This document shows, piece after piece, positions 1 through 9,198 of a DNA stretch of 41,189 bases (the stretch's first letter is position 1; the number at the start of each line of letters is the position of its first letter). Made by a program: the position numbers and the translations under genes. The notes beneath the pieces were generated by a model, which saw nothing but the letters and a program-made list of their open reading frames with translations, was not told the DNA's origin and ran no database searches. The stretch is taken from contig JAFWDW010000008.1 in NCBI GenBank assembly GCA_017515965.1, forward strand, positions 1-41,189, read 5' to 3'. This DNA comes from Lachnospiraceae bacterium (lineage in GTDB: Bacteria; Bacillota; Clostridia; Lachnospirales; Lachnospiraceae).

Positions 1-424
1 GATTATCTCCAAGTATGATGTTGAGACACAGGATGAGCTGGCCGATTATCTGCGTAAAGCCGGGTTCAAAACAACGCAGGCCACGATATCACGTGATATC
101 CGCATGCTGAAACTGACTAAAATAGTTGATGCAAAAGGACATTTTAAATACGCGGCCGTTAAGGCAGACAGTCATACGGAGCTCGATAAATACCGCCGCA
201 TCCTTCGGGATGGATTTATTTCGATGGATCAGGCCGAGAATATCCTGGTGCTCCGTACTGTACCCGGCATGGCAATGGCTGTGGCAGCTTCTGTGGATGC
301 CATGAACTGGAGTCAGGTTGCCGGTTCAATAGCAGGAGATGACAACGTATTCTGCGCGATCAGGCACAAAGAAGATGTGGCTGACGTCATCGATAAGATA
401 CGTGATATCATACGGGAGTCGTAA
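1..424 (+). CDS. argR: Arginine repressor ArgR/AhrC, 5'-truncated by window edge
   Basis: Frame 2 is open from nt 2: IISKYDVETQDELADYLRKAGFKTTQATISRDIRMLKL... (winged-helix DNA-binding part). The C-terminal oligomerisation domain follows (GDDNVFCAIR). Classic argR-recN adjacency. Confidence 0.85.
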   Translation, partial: IISKYDVETQDELADYLRKAGFKTTQATISRDIRMLKLTKIVDAKGHFKYAAVKADSHTELDKYRRILRDGFISMDQAENILVLRTVPGMAMAVAASVDAMNWSQVAGSIAGDDNVFCAIRHKEDVADVIDKIRDIIRES

Positions 425-430
425 CGGATC

Positions 431-2149
431 ATGCTCATAAACCTCACTGTAAAAAACCTGGCCTTGTTCAAGGATATAACCGTGGACTTTCAGAAGGGCC
501 TGAACATCATGACCGGAGAGACAGGTGCCGGAAAATCCATTCTGATCGGATCGGTGCTGCTGGCTCTCGGCGGCCGTTATACAAGTGATATGATCCGCAG
601 TGGGGAGAAGGCAGGTTTTGTGGAATTAGTCTTTTCTGTTGACAATGATTCCGTGAAAGAGGAGTTGCTCAAGACCGATGACGAACTTGATCTTTCTGAC
701 GGGCTGCTGGTCATCTCAAGACGGCTGATGGACGGAAGAAGCGTCAGTCGTGTCAACGGAGAAAACGTCACACAGAAACAGCTCAGGAGTATCGCATCAG
801 TGCTGCTTGACGTTTACGGTCAGCGTGATGCACAGATCCTTCTCGATTCAGGAGGTCAGGGTACGCTCCTGGATGATTTCGGCGCAGATGTGATCAAGCT
901 GGCCAAAGCAGAGACGGCAAAAGCATACAGGGATCTTCAGACAACAAGAAAACAGATCAGCGAGATCGGTGAGGACAGAGACAGGCGTCAGCGCGAGATC
1001 GATCTTTTAGCATACGAGATTCAGGAAATCGAACAGGCACAGTTAAGAAGCGGAGAAGACGAAGAACTCGAAAATGAGTTTACACGTCTTTCGCATGCGC
1101 AGCAAATCACAGAAGGCCTTGCAGGCGCGCGTGAAGCCCTGGACGGCGGTGCTGAAGGAGGTGCTTCCGGAATGATGGCACGGAGCCTGAGAGAACTGGG
1201 CGACATCAGGCGTTTTGATGATCATGCCGGGTCACTGTACGATCAGCTGCTTCAGGCAGACGAACTGGTATCAGATATCACACGTGAGCTGTCATCTTAT
1301 CTGGATCAATTTGATTATTCACCGCAGGAGGCAGACCGGATCGGCAATCGTCTGGATCTGCTCAACCGACTTAAGAATAAATACAGCGGTACACTGGAAG
1401 AGATCAATGCTCTTTGTACCGGCAAGAAAGAGAGGCTGGCTCTTCTTGAGCGGGCTGAGGAAACACTGGATGAGCTGGGAGCCAGACGGCGCGAGCAGGA
1501 AGAGATCCTCCGTGACAAATGTGCTGTCCTGACGGAGGGACGCAGACGTTTTGCCGCGCTGATGGCACATGAGATCTCAGACAGTCTTAAAGAATTGAAT
1601 TTTGCAGATAACCGCTTTGAGATCAGGGTCGAACCGAACGGACCTGTCACGCCCGACGGTTGCGATGAGATCATTTTTATGATTGGCCCTAATCCCGGCG
1701 AACCGATGCGGGAGTTGTCTAAGATCGCATCCGGCGGAGAATTGTCGAGAATCATGCTGGCTGTTAAAACAGTCATGGCCGGCCGCGAGACAGGAAAGAC
1801 ACTCATTTTTGATGAGATCGACGCAGGGATCAGCGGACGCACTGCCGGTGCTGTTGCTGAGCGTTTGTGTTCGATCAGTTTGACGCATCAGGTCATCTGC
1901 ATCACACATCTTGCACAGATTGCTTCGATGGCGGATGCGCACTATCTGATTGAGAAGGAAATAAAAGATACGGAAGGAATAGAGGAGACGATTACACACA
2001 TACGACAGATTGGCGAGGATGAAGCTGCCGGTGAACTGGCCAGAATACTTGGCGGAACAAAGATCACACCGGCCGCTGTCAACAATGCAAAGGAGATGCT
2101 GAGTCTTGCTAAAACCTACAAAGAAAAACATACTGTTCGCGACTTCTGA
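431..2149 (+). CDS. recN: DNA repair protein RecN
   Basis: 572 aa. N-terminal Walker A GETGAGKS, long coiled-coil middle, C-terminal SMC signature GGELSRIMLA and Walker B LIFDEIDAG. Follows argR as in Bacillus/Clostridia. Confidence 0.95.
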   Translation: MLINLTVKNLALFKDITVDFQKGLNIMTGETGAGKSILIGSVLLALGGRYTSDMIRSGEKAGFVELVFSVDNDSVKEELLKTDDELDLSDGLLVISRRLMDGRSVSRVNGENVTQKQLRSIASVLLDVYGQRDAQILLDSGGQGTLLDDFGADVIKLAKAETAKAYRDLQTTRKQISEIGEDRDRRQREIDLLAYEIQEIEQAQLRSGEDEELENEFTRLSHAQQITEGLAGAREALDGGAEGGASGMMARSLRELGDIRRFDDHAGSLYDQLLQADELVSDITRELSSYLDQFDYSPQEADRIGNRLDLLNRLKNKYSGTLEEINALCTGKKERLALLERAEETLDELGARRREQEEILRDKCAVLTEGRRRFAALMAHEISDSLKELNFADNRFEIRVEPNGPVTPDGCDEIIFMIGPNPGEPMRELSKIASGGELSRIMLAVKTVMAGRETGKTLIFDEIDAGISGRTAGAVAERLCSISLTHQVICITHLAQIASMADAHYLIEKEIKDTEGIEETITHIRQIGEDEAAGELARILGGTKITPAAVNNAKEMLSLAKTYKEKHTVRDF

Positions 2150-3575
2150 GTGTAACCCGTTCATTAAGACAGGCGGACTGGCGGATGTTGCCGGCGCCCT
2201 GCCCAAACACCTTGATCCGGAACGGTACGATGTGCGTGTGATGGTTCCCAAGTATCTGTGCATCGCCCCCGAATGGTCTGACCGGATGGAATATAAGACG
2301 CATTTTTACATTGATCTGGGATGGCGTCATCAATATGTCGGCGTGCTTGAACTTATGCATGACGGCATCACTTATTATTTCATTGACAATGAGTTTTATT
2401 TTGCGGGAGATTATCCGTATGGAGAGATCTATCAGGATATAGAGAAATTTGCTTTCTTCTCGAAAGCGGTGATCGAGGCATGCGATCATCTTGATTTCAA
2501 ACCGGATATCATTCACTGCCACGACTGGGAGACAGCCCTCATTCCTGTCTTTATTGATCAGATGCGTACTCAGGCGGATCCCAGAGGAGATGTCAAAACG
2601 ATTCTGACGATCCATAATCTGCGTTTCCAGGGAAGATGGGGTCTTGACCAGGTAAAGGATATCACCTGGCTGGACAAGCATTACTTCGCCGACGGTATTC
2701 TGGAGGCTTTCGGAGATGCCAATTACATGAAGGGCGGCATTGTGACAGCTGACCGTGTGACAACAGTCAGCGAGACATACAGCCAGGAGATCAGGACTCC
2801 GTTTTACGGTGAAGGTCTCGAGGCTGTGATAGATTCGTGCGCCGGAAAGCTTTCCGGTATCGTAAACGGTCTGGATCTTGACGAATTTGATCCGATGCAT
2901 GATCCTTATCTCAGGCACCATTTTGATGTCAATACATTCCGCAGGCAGAAACCGGTCTGCAAGAAAGCGCTTCAGCAGAGAATGGGTCTGGAGCAGAACC
3001 CCGGGAAAATGGTCTACGGTATCGTAAGCCGTCTGACTGATCAGAAAGGCTTTGATCTCGTCGGATCAGTCATCGAGGCTCTGGTGCATGATCAGGTTCA
3101 GCTTGCTGTGATCGGCAGCGGCGATAAGAAGTATGAGGATATGTTTGAATACTTTATCCGCGCTTATCCCGGACAGGTGGCTTTCTACAACGGATACAGC
3201 GAAGAGACGGCACGACATATCTATGCCGGAAGCGATGCCTTTATCATGCCGTCGATCTTTGAGCCCTGCGGGCTGTCACAGATGATCTCAATGCGGTACG
3301 GTTCGGTGCCGGTTGTACGTGAAACCGGCGGCCTGAAAGATACAGTAGAGCCGTACAATGAATACGAGGACACCGGATGCGGATTCTCGTTCGCCGGAGC
3401 AGACGCCGGAGAGTTTTTGAACATTCTGCGTTATGCGCAGGATATATACTATAATCACAAAAGATGCTGGAACAAAATCGTGGAACGCGGCATGAACAAG
3501 GATTTTTCCTGGAATGCTTCTGCTGAGTGTTACGGCAGATTATATGATGAACTGATACTGAAAGGAGACGACTGA
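2106..3575 (+). CDS. glgA: Glycogen/starch synthase (ADP-glucose type) GlgA
   Basis: 489 aa with KTGGLADV motif near the N-terminus and a GT5/GT1 C-terminal half (PSIFEPCGLSQM). TTG start at 2106 with AGGAGA SD at 2091-2096. No other start codon lies before the conserved ILFATSE segment. Confidence 0.92.
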   Translation: MLKPTKKNILFATSECNPFIKTGGLADVAGALPKHLDPERYDVRVMVPKYLCIAPEWSDRMEYKTHFYIDLGWRHQYVGVLELMHDGITYYFIDNEFYFAGDYPYGEIYQDIEKFAFFSKAVIEACDHLDFKPDIIHCHDWETALIPVFIDQMRTQADPRGDVKTILTIHNLRFQGRWGLDQVKDITWLDKHYFADGILEAFGDANYMKGGIVTADRVTTVSETYSQEIRTPFYGEGLEAVIDSCAGKLSGIVNGLDLDEFDPMHDPYLRHHFDVNTFRRQKPVCKKALQQRMGLEQNPGKMVYGIVSRLTDQKGFDLVGSVIEALVHDQVQLAVIGSGDKKYEDMFEYFIRAYPGQVAFYNGYSEETARHIYAGSDAFIMPSIFEPCGLSQMISMRYGSVPVVRETGGLKDTVEPYNEYEDTGCGFSFAGADAGEFLNILRYAQDIYYNHKRCWNKIVERGMNKDFSWNASAECYGRLYDELILKGDD

Positions 3576-6253
3576 TGGCTTTTTACACAGTCAATGAACT
3601 ACGTTCGATGTTTTTAAAATTCTTTGAGGGAAAGAATCACTATGTGGTTGATTCTTTTTCGCTTGTACCGCAGAATGATGAGAGTCTTTTGCTCATCAAC
3701 GCCGGTATGGCACCCTTAAAGCCTTATTTTACAGGGCTGGAGACACCTCCAAGTAAACGCATGGCCTCCTGCCAGAAGTGTGTCAGGACCGGAGATATTG
3801 ACAATGTCGGTCTGACGAACCGCCATGCTACATTCTTTGAGATGCTCGGCAATTTCTCCTTTGGTGATTACTTTAAGAAAGAAGCGATTGCATGGTGCTG
3901 GGAGTTTCTGACTGAGACTGTGGGTCTCGACCCTGACAGGCTCTATCCGTCTGTCTATCTGGATGACGATGAAGCGTTTGATATCTGGAATAAAGATATC
4001 GGCATTCCGAAAGAAAGAATCTTCCGATTCGGAAAAGAAGACAATTTCTGGGAGCACGGCAGCGGACCTTGCGGACCGTGTTCAGAAGTCTATTATGACC
4101 GCGGAGAACAGTACGGATGCGGAAAACCGGATTGTACAGTAGGATGTGACTGTGACCGGTACTGTGAAGTCTGGAACAATGTTTTCACGCAGTTTGACGG
4201 TGACGGAAAGGGTCATTACGAGCCCCTGGAACATAAGAATATCGATACCGGAATGGGATTAGAGCGCCTTGCTATGGTCGTACAGGATGTCGAATCCATC
4301 TTTGACATCGACAATATCAAAGCGCTTCGGGATCATGTCTGCAGGATCGCGCAGAAAGAGTATTTAGAGAATGAAAAAGACGATATTTCGATCCGCGTGA
4401 TCACAGACCATATCCGTGCCGTAACATTTATGCTTTCAGACGGCATTACCCCGTCTAACGAAGGACGCGGCTATGTTCTAAGGCGCCTCTTGCGCCGGGC
4501 TTGCCGTCACGGAAGGATCCTCGGTATTCAGGGTGCTTTTCTGATCGATCTTGCCGGGACAGTCATCGAAGGTTCAAAAGACGCTTATCCGAATCTTGCG
4601 GAGAAGGAAGCGTTTATTCTGTCAACGCTCAGACAGGAAGAAGCTCAGTTTGACCGTACGGTTGACCAGGGCCTCGCCATTCTGGAAAAACTGGAGGAGA
4701 AGATGGCGGAAGAAGGCAAGACAGAATTGCCGGGAGAAGAAGCGTTCCGTCTGCATGACACTTTTGGCTTCCCGCTCGATCTGACAAAAGAGATCCTGGC
4801 GGAGAAGAATATCACGGTTGATGAGCAGGGCTTTGCCGCATGTATGGAAAAGCAGAAGGAGACAGCGCGTGCTGACCGTCTGAAAGATGCAAGCGCCAAC
4901 ACCTATATGGGTGCGGATGCCAGTGTCTATGAGAAGCTTCCGGCTGCGATGGCATCGCTCTTTATCGGTTATGATCAGACTGAAGCAACATCTGATATCG
5001 CAGCAATTACAGGATTCGAATATCCCGCTGACGAAGGAGTGGATGAGGAAGAGAAGGTTCTTGATTCTCTCATGGAAGGATGCCGGGGCACCGTGTTCAC
5101 TGATATTACTCCGTATTATGCTGAGATGGGCGGTCAGGAAGCCGATATCGGTATCATCAGGACAGAAACCGGTGAGTTTAAAGTCGAAGACGTACAGCAG
5201 ATACTGGGCAATAAGATTGGCCATATCGGCAGCGTGACATCCGGCGTGATCGCGGCTAATCAGCAGGCGGATCTCATTGTCGATGTTGAAAAGAGAAAGC
5301 TGTCACAGCGCAATCACAGCGCGACGCATCTTCTTCAGAAAGCACTTAAGGTGGTTCTGGGTGACCATGTAGAGCAGAAGGGATCAGCAGTGAATGACAA
5401 GCGGCTGCGTTTTGACTTCTCACACTTTGCTCCGATGACAGGAGAGGAGATCAGAGAAGTAGAAGATCTGGTCAATAAAGAGATTCGTCTCAATCTTATG
5501 GTCGTCGCCAAAAACATGCCGATTGAGGAAGCAAAGAAAACCGGCGCGCAGGCATTGTTTGGGGAAAAATACGGTGACGTCGTCCGCGTCGTCTCAATGG
5601 GCGATTTCTCCAGAGAATTCTGCGGCGGTCTTCACGTTCATGCAACCGGTGAGATCGGTGCGTTCAAGATCATTTCCGAGACAGGTGTCGCTGCCGGTGT
5701 ACGCCGTATTGAAGCTCTGACTTCAACAGGCCTTCTGGATTATTACGCTTCTGTCGAAAAGAAGCTTCTGGATGTGGCGCAGACGCTCAAGGGTACACGT
5801 GAAAATGTTGTCGAAAGAGCCCATGCCGTTGTAGATGAGAATAAACAGCTTCAAAAGAAGATTGACTCTCTTTCGCAAAAACTGGCCAAGGCTGCAGCCG
5901 GAGAGTCTGAGGTTCAGATCGAGCAGGTCGGTTCATTCAAGGCCATGTTCCTGTCTGTCGAAGATATGGGCACAGAGCAGTTACGTGATCTCGGTGACAC
6001 ATGTAAAGAGAAGATGGGTGACGGTGTCGCCGCGATTGCTTCTGTAGCCGGAGGAAAAGTCACACTGCTCGTGACAGCAACTGATGGAGCAATAAAGGCA
6101 GGCGCTCACGCCGGCAATCTTATCCGGGAAGCAGCCAAACTGATCGGAGGAGGAGGCGGCGGACGTCCGACGATGGCGCAGGCCGGAGGCAAGAACCCGG
6201 CCGGAATCAATGACGCGTTCGATAAGATAAGAGAGATGCTCAGTGCTTTGTAA
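3575..6253 (+). CDS. alaS: Alanine--tRNA ligase
   Basis: 892 aa. Class II core (FFEMLGNFSFGDYFK), editing domain HSATHLL...CGGLHV, C-terminal DHHA1 with GGGGGGRP. ATG overlaps the glgA stop (TGATG); SD AAGGAGA at 3562-3568. Confidence 0.97.
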   Translation: MAFYTVNELRSMFLKFFEGKNHYVVDSFSLVPQNDESLLLINAGMAPLKPYFTGLETPPSKRMASCQKCVRTGDIDNVGLTNRHATFFEMLGNFSFGDYFKKEAIAWCWEFLTETVGLDPDRLYPSVYLDDDEAFDIWNKDIGIPKERIFRFGKEDNFWEHGSGPCGPCSEVYYDRGEQYGCGKPDCTVGCDCDRYCEVWNNVFTQFDGDGKGHYEPLEHKNIDTGMGLERLAMVVQDVESIFDIDNIKALRDHVCRIAQKEYLENEKDDISIRVITDHIRAVTFMLSDGITPSNEGRGYVLRRLLRRACRHGRILGIQGAFLIDLAGTVIEGSKDAYPNLAEKEAFILSTLRQEEAQFDRTVDQGLAILEKLEEKMAEEGKTELPGEEAFRLHDTFGFPLDLTKEILAEKNITVDEQGFAACMEKQKETARADRLKDASANTYMGADASVYEKLPAAMASLFIGYDQTEATSDIAAITGFEYPADEGVDEEEKVLDSLMEGCRGTVFTDITPYYAEMGGQEADIGIIRTETGEFKVEDVQQILGNKIGHIGSVTSGVIAANQQADLIVDVEKRKLSQRNHSATHLLQKALKVVLGDHVEQKGSAVNDKRLRFDFSHFAPMTGEEIREVEDLVNKEIRLNLMVVAKNMPIEEAKKTGAQALFGEKYGDVVRVVSMGDFSREFCGGLHVHATGEIGAFKIISETGVAAGVRRIEALTSTGLLDYYASVEKKLLDVAQTLKGTRENVVERAHAVVDENKQLQKKIDSLSQKLAKAAAGESEVQIEQVGSFKAMFLSVEDMGTEQLRDLGDTCKEKMGDGVAAIASVAGGKVTLLVTATDGAIKAGAHAGNLIREAAKLIGGGGGGRPTMAQAGGKNPAGINDAFDKIREMLSAL

Positions 6254-6267
6254 ATTGCCCGATCATC

Positions 6268-6296
6268 TTGCAAATATTGCGTCAGTATTATATGAT
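6268..6296 (+). promoter_or_regulatory. Candidate sigma-A promoter for efp (TTGCAA-17-TATGAT)
   Basis: -35 TTGCAA at 6268-6273, 17-nt spacer, -10 TATGAT at 6291-6296, about 50 nt upstream of the efp ATG. Confidence 0.45.
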
Positions 6297-6346
6297 ATGC
6301 CTATAAAAATGACTGATAAGAATCATGGTTTCAAGGAGGAATAAGA

Positions 6347-6904
6347 ATGGTAGCAGCAGGTGATTTTCGCAATGGAATGACAGTCGAGATCGACGGAACA
6401 GTTTATCAGATCATCGAGTTCCAGCATGTTAAGCCTGGCAAGGGCGCTGCTTTTGTCCGCACTAAGCTAAGAGACGTCATGGGCGGAAGTGTCGTTGAGA
6501 AGACTTTCAGGCCGACAGAAAAGTTCCCGCCGGCCCGTATTGAGCGCAAAGAGATGCAATATCTTTATACGGACGGAGATCTCTATTATTTCATGGATAT
6601 GGAGACATACGAGCAGATCGAGATCGGCCAGGAAACGATCGGAGATGCACTTGAGTTTGTAAAGGAAAACGAGATGGTAAAGGTCGTATCCTATCAGGGC
6701 AATCCGTTTACTGTTGAACCTCCGCTGTTTGTCGAACTGGCTGTTACAGCGACTGAGCCCGGATTTAAGGGCGATACAGCGCAGGGCGCTACCAAGCCGG
6801 CCACGGTTGAGACGGGCGCGACCGTACAGGTTCCGCTGTTCGTTAATGAAGGTGACGTGCTTAAGATCGACACAAGAACCGGTGAGTATCTCTCACGCGT
6901 GTGA
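6347..6904 (+). CDS. efp: Elongation factor P
   Basis: 185 aa. [17 protein letters not shown] loop with the modifiable Lys. Strong SD AAGGAGGA upstream. Confidence 0.97.
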   Translation: MVAAGDFRNGMTVEIDGTVYQIIEFQHVKPGKGAAFVRTKLRDVMGGSVVEKTFRPTEKFPPARIERKEMQYLYTDGDLYYFMDMETYEQIEIGQETIGDALEFVKENEMVKVVSYQGNPFTVEPPLFVELAVTATEPGFKGDTAQGATKPATVETGATVQVPLFVNEGDVLKIDTRTGEYLSRV

Positions 6905-6936
6905 TCATGATTCGTTGTTAACTGGTATAATAAAGG

Positions 6937-6974
6937 CGGCTGTCGGACAATGTTTTGTACGGCAGCCGTTTTTT
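6937..6974 (+). terminator. Intrinsic terminator after efp
   Basis: CGGCTGTCG (6937-6945) pairs with CGGCAGCCG (6960-6968), with one G-U pair, followed by TTTTTT (6969-6974). It runs straight into the aroK SD GGGAGA. Confidence 0.6.
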
Positions 6975-6984
6975 GGGAGATGTT

Positions 6985-7518
6985 ATGAACATTTTTCTGA
7001 TTGGATTTATGGGTACCGGCAAGAGTGCGGCAGGAAGCGAAACTGCGCGCCTTACCGGCTGTAAATGGTATGATCTCGATAAGCTGATCGAGGATAGAAC
7101 AGGGATGTCTGTCCCTGATTATATGCATGCATACGGGGAAGAGTCGTTTCGCGATCGGGAGTTCGAGGCTCTTTCTGCGTTTTTAAAGTCTCTTTCTGAT
7201 CAGAAAGAGACTGTTTTGCTTTCATGTGGCGGCGGTGTTGTGCTCAGAAAAGAGAACAGAGAGCTTCTGAAGCAAAACGGGTCAGTGATCAGGTTGACGG
7301 CAAGCCCGGAGACAGTACTTAAACGTATCAAGGCAGATGGCCCGGTCAGACCGCTTCTGCAGGGAACAAAAACTGAAGAAGATTTGCTGCAGCATATCAG
7401 GAAAATGGAGCGGGAACGTGAACAGTTTTACGCTCAGACAGCAGATGTGACGATCGAAACAGACGGCAAAAAGGCGTCAGAGACAGCTGAGCTAATCAGA
7501 AAAGCTGCAGGAATCTGA
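6985..7518 (+). CDS. aroK: Shikimate kinase
   Basis: MNIFLIGFMGTGKS Walker A at the N-terminus. I prefer ATG 6985 (SD GGGAGA at 6975-6980) over the track start 6955, which lies inside the efp terminator. Confidence 0.88.
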   Translation: MNIFLIGFMGTGKSAAGSETARLTGCKWYDLDKLIEDRTGMSVPDYMHAYGEESFRDREFEALSAFLKSLSDQKETVLLSCGGGVVLRKENRELLKQNGSVIRLTASPETVLKRIKADGPVRPLLQGTKTEEDLLQHIRKMEREREQFYAQTADVTIETDGKKASETAELIRKAAGI

Positions 7519-8199
7519 GACGATCTGCAGAGGTACGTCTTTCCCGCCGTAATAGTAAAGGTGATCGGATAGATACTCCGGTATCATTTCCTCGCATTGA
7601 TTGACATCCATGACTACCTTCGCCAGTCCTTCCGGATCGATGAATTCTTTGTCGCGAATCAGAAATAATTCGTGAATGCTGCCGGGAAGTATATAGAATG
7701 CGCCTATCTTATTGTAAACTTCTTCCAGAAGCCCCGGATAAAAAAGAGTGCAGGCGCCGTAACGTTTACGCATATTAGTCAGAATAAAACTTAAAGGAAG
7801 GCCCTCTGAACGCGGATAGCCATCCTCTGTGAAATCACCGGTATAGTTTTCGTTGATCCCGGTCATGACTTCATCAAGAGGTGCGAACAGGGGAGGAAGA
7901 CAATGCGGAGTATTTTCAAGCGCATCGTCAAAAAGACGCGCTTTTGTGATGCCCCACAATTCAAGATGGCGTTTTCTGACTCGGACAGCCTGTGTCCATC
8001 CGTCATCGGTTATTCCCAGATCGATATAACAGAAAAGTGTCAGGTCCAGCATATCAAGATGCGGCGTATCTTTCAGCAGTGACATGCTGCGTTTTTTATT
8101 GACAGCCCGGACAACTATTCTTTCCCGGACACTCTCATAATCTTCGATTTCAAGTTTAGCTAAATTGATAATTTGATCAGATGATGTTCTTTTACTCAT
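7492..8199 (-). CDS. Hypothetical protein, resembles the DUF5688 family (from memory)
   Basis: 235-aa ORF with strong SD (AAGGAGGAAGT before ATG). The segment LLKDTPHLDMLDLTLFCYI...HLELWGITKARLFDDALENTP matches my recollection of Clostridial DUF5688 proteins. No catalytic motif recognised. Confidence 0.6.
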   Translation of the reverse strand: MSKRTSSDQIINLAKLEIEDYESVRERIVVRAVNKKRSMSLLKDTPHLDMLDLTLFCYIDLGITDDGWTQAVRVRKRHLELWGITKARLFDDALENTPHCLPPLFAPLDEVMTGINENYTGDFTEDGYPRSEGLPLSFILTNMRKRYGACTLFYPGLLEEVYNKIGAFYILPGSIHELFLIRDKEFIDPEGLAKVVMDVNQCEEMIPEYLSDHLYYYGGKDVPLQIVSDSCSFSD

Positions 8200-8302
8200 A
8201 CTTCCTCCTTATCGTCAGTATTGTTTATCAGGCTTTTACACAGGTGATTTTACTGAACAGAAAGCAGTGTTGACAGTCGATTTATTCTGCTTTTTATCGC
8301 CT

Positions 8303-8331
8303 TTACTTTTAAATCTGTTTGTGGTAACATA
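8303..8331 (+). promoter_or_regulatory. Candidate promoter for tRNA-Arg (TTTACT-17-TAACAT with TG extension)
   Basis: -35 TTTACT at 8303-8308, 17-nt spacer ending in TGG, -10 TAACAT at 8326-8331. The predicted TSS is a few nt before the tRNA 5' end. Confidence 0.3.
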
Positions 8332-8341
8332 ACCGCCGTGG

Positions 8342-8413
8342 ACACCTATAGCTCAGGGGATAGAGCACCGCCCTCCGGAGGCGGGAGCGGCGGTTCGAAT
8401 CCGCCTAGGTGTG
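8342..8413 (+). tRNA. tRNA-Arg (anticodon CCG)
   Basis: Manual cloverleaf: acceptor ACACCTA/TAGGTGT, D arm GCTC-AGGGGATA-GAGC, anticodon arm CCGCC-CT[CCG]GA-GGCGG, T arm GGCGG-TTCGAAT-CCGCC, discriminator G. No encoded CCA. Confidence 0.88.
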
Positions 8414-8424
8414 GATTATGATGC

Positions 8425-8446
8425 GGGCGGCAATTCTTTGCCGCCC
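8425..8446 (+). other. GC-rich hairpin downstream of tRNA-Arg without U-tract
   Basis: GGGCGGCAA-ttct-TTGCCGCCC (perfect 9 bp) followed by TTAAAAAC rather than a T-run. It looks like a processing or stability element, or a leaky terminator. Confidence 0.4.
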
Positions 8447-8467
8447 TTAAAAACAGGATCAGGTGCT

Positions 8468-9181
8468 ATGTATAAGATCATTCTGTGGGATTTTGACGGA
8501 ACACTGACCAACTTCAAACATGCACAGAAACATGCGATCAAGGCAATGTTTGAGCGTTTGGAACTTGGGCCTTGCGATGATGCGGCAGTAGACCGTTATG
8601 ATGAGATCAATGAAAAATACTGGCGGTTGATTGAGACCGGAAAGTATGACAAAAGGACACTGCTTTTACAACGCTTCATTGAGTTTTTTGAAGAACTGGG
8701 GCTGCCGACAGATTCTGTTGAGGAATTTAACGACCATTACCAGGTCGCGCTCGGTGAAACTACAGTGTATAACGATGACAGTTTCACGCTGCTTTCAGAT
8801 CTGCGTGGCAGAATTCGGCAGTACATCGTGACGAACGGAACAAAACGCGCCCAGGAGAACAAACTGGCAAACTCGGGATTTGACAAGATCGTTGACGCTG
8901 CTTTTATTTCAGAAGAAACTGGTTTTGATAAACCGTCAGCAGGTTTTTACAAATATGTCTTTGCGAGGATACCGTCATGTGAAAGACGGGAGATCCTCAT
9001 GGTGGGTGATTCGCTGACCAGCGATATGAAAGGCGGCTATGAGCAGGGTATGACATGTGTGTGGTATAATCCTGCAGGCGATCCTCTGCCGGCTGATATC
9101 AAGATCGATTACGATATCAGAAACCTGCAGGAAGTACGTGAAATCCTGCGCGGGTCAATTGATTTTTCAACGAAGCCGTGA
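8468..9181 (+). CDS. HAD-superfamily hydrolase (YjjG-like noncanonical pyrimidine nucleotidase subfamily likely)
   Basis: MYKIILWDFDGTL (DxDGT motif I), TNG (motif II), GDSLTSDMKGG (motif IV). The track start 8411 overlaps the tRNA and is rejected. Confidence 0.8.
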   Translation: MYKIILWDFDGTLTNFKHAQKHAIKAMFERLELGPCDDAAVDRYDEINEKYWRLIETGKYDKRTLLLQRFIEFFEELGLPTDSVEEFNDHYQVALGETTVYNDDSFTLLSDLRGRIRQYIVTNGTKRAQENKLANSGFDKIVDAAFISEETGFDKPSAGFYKYVFARIPSCERREILMVGDSLTSDMKGGYEQGMTCVWYNPAGDPLPADIKIDYDIRNLQEVREILRGSIDFSTKP

Positions 9182-9187
9182 TATGAT
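9159..9187 (+). promoter_or_regulatory. Candidate promoter for tRNA-Gly(CCC), embedded in the HAD gene 3' end
   Basis: TTGATT (9159-9164), 17-nt spacer ending in TGA, TATGAT (9182-9187). The predicted TSS is about 4-5 nt before the tRNA 5' end. Confidence 0.5.
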
Positions 9188-9198
9188 GACCTGGACAT

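Noticed and set aside
1577-2921. Long minus-strand ORFs (1577-2263, 228 aa; 2109-2921, 270 aa) antisense to recN/glgA
   Set aside because: They lie entirely opposite well-supported genes with clear family motifs. Their translations are low-complexity (Ser/Arg/Cys-rich) with no recognisable domains or SD. These are typical shadow ORFs.
6148-6165. GGAGGAGGAGGCGGCGGA purine-rich repeat
   Set aside because: It lies in frame within alaS and encodes the conserved C-terminal GGGGGG motif of AlaRS. It is not a regulatory or repeat element.
8411-8467. Track start (GTG 8411) for the HAD gene, giving a 19-aa N-extension
   Set aside because: It overlaps the 3' end of tRNA-Arg and the hairpin. The HAD motif I DFDGTL should sit near the N-terminus, which ATG 8468 provides.
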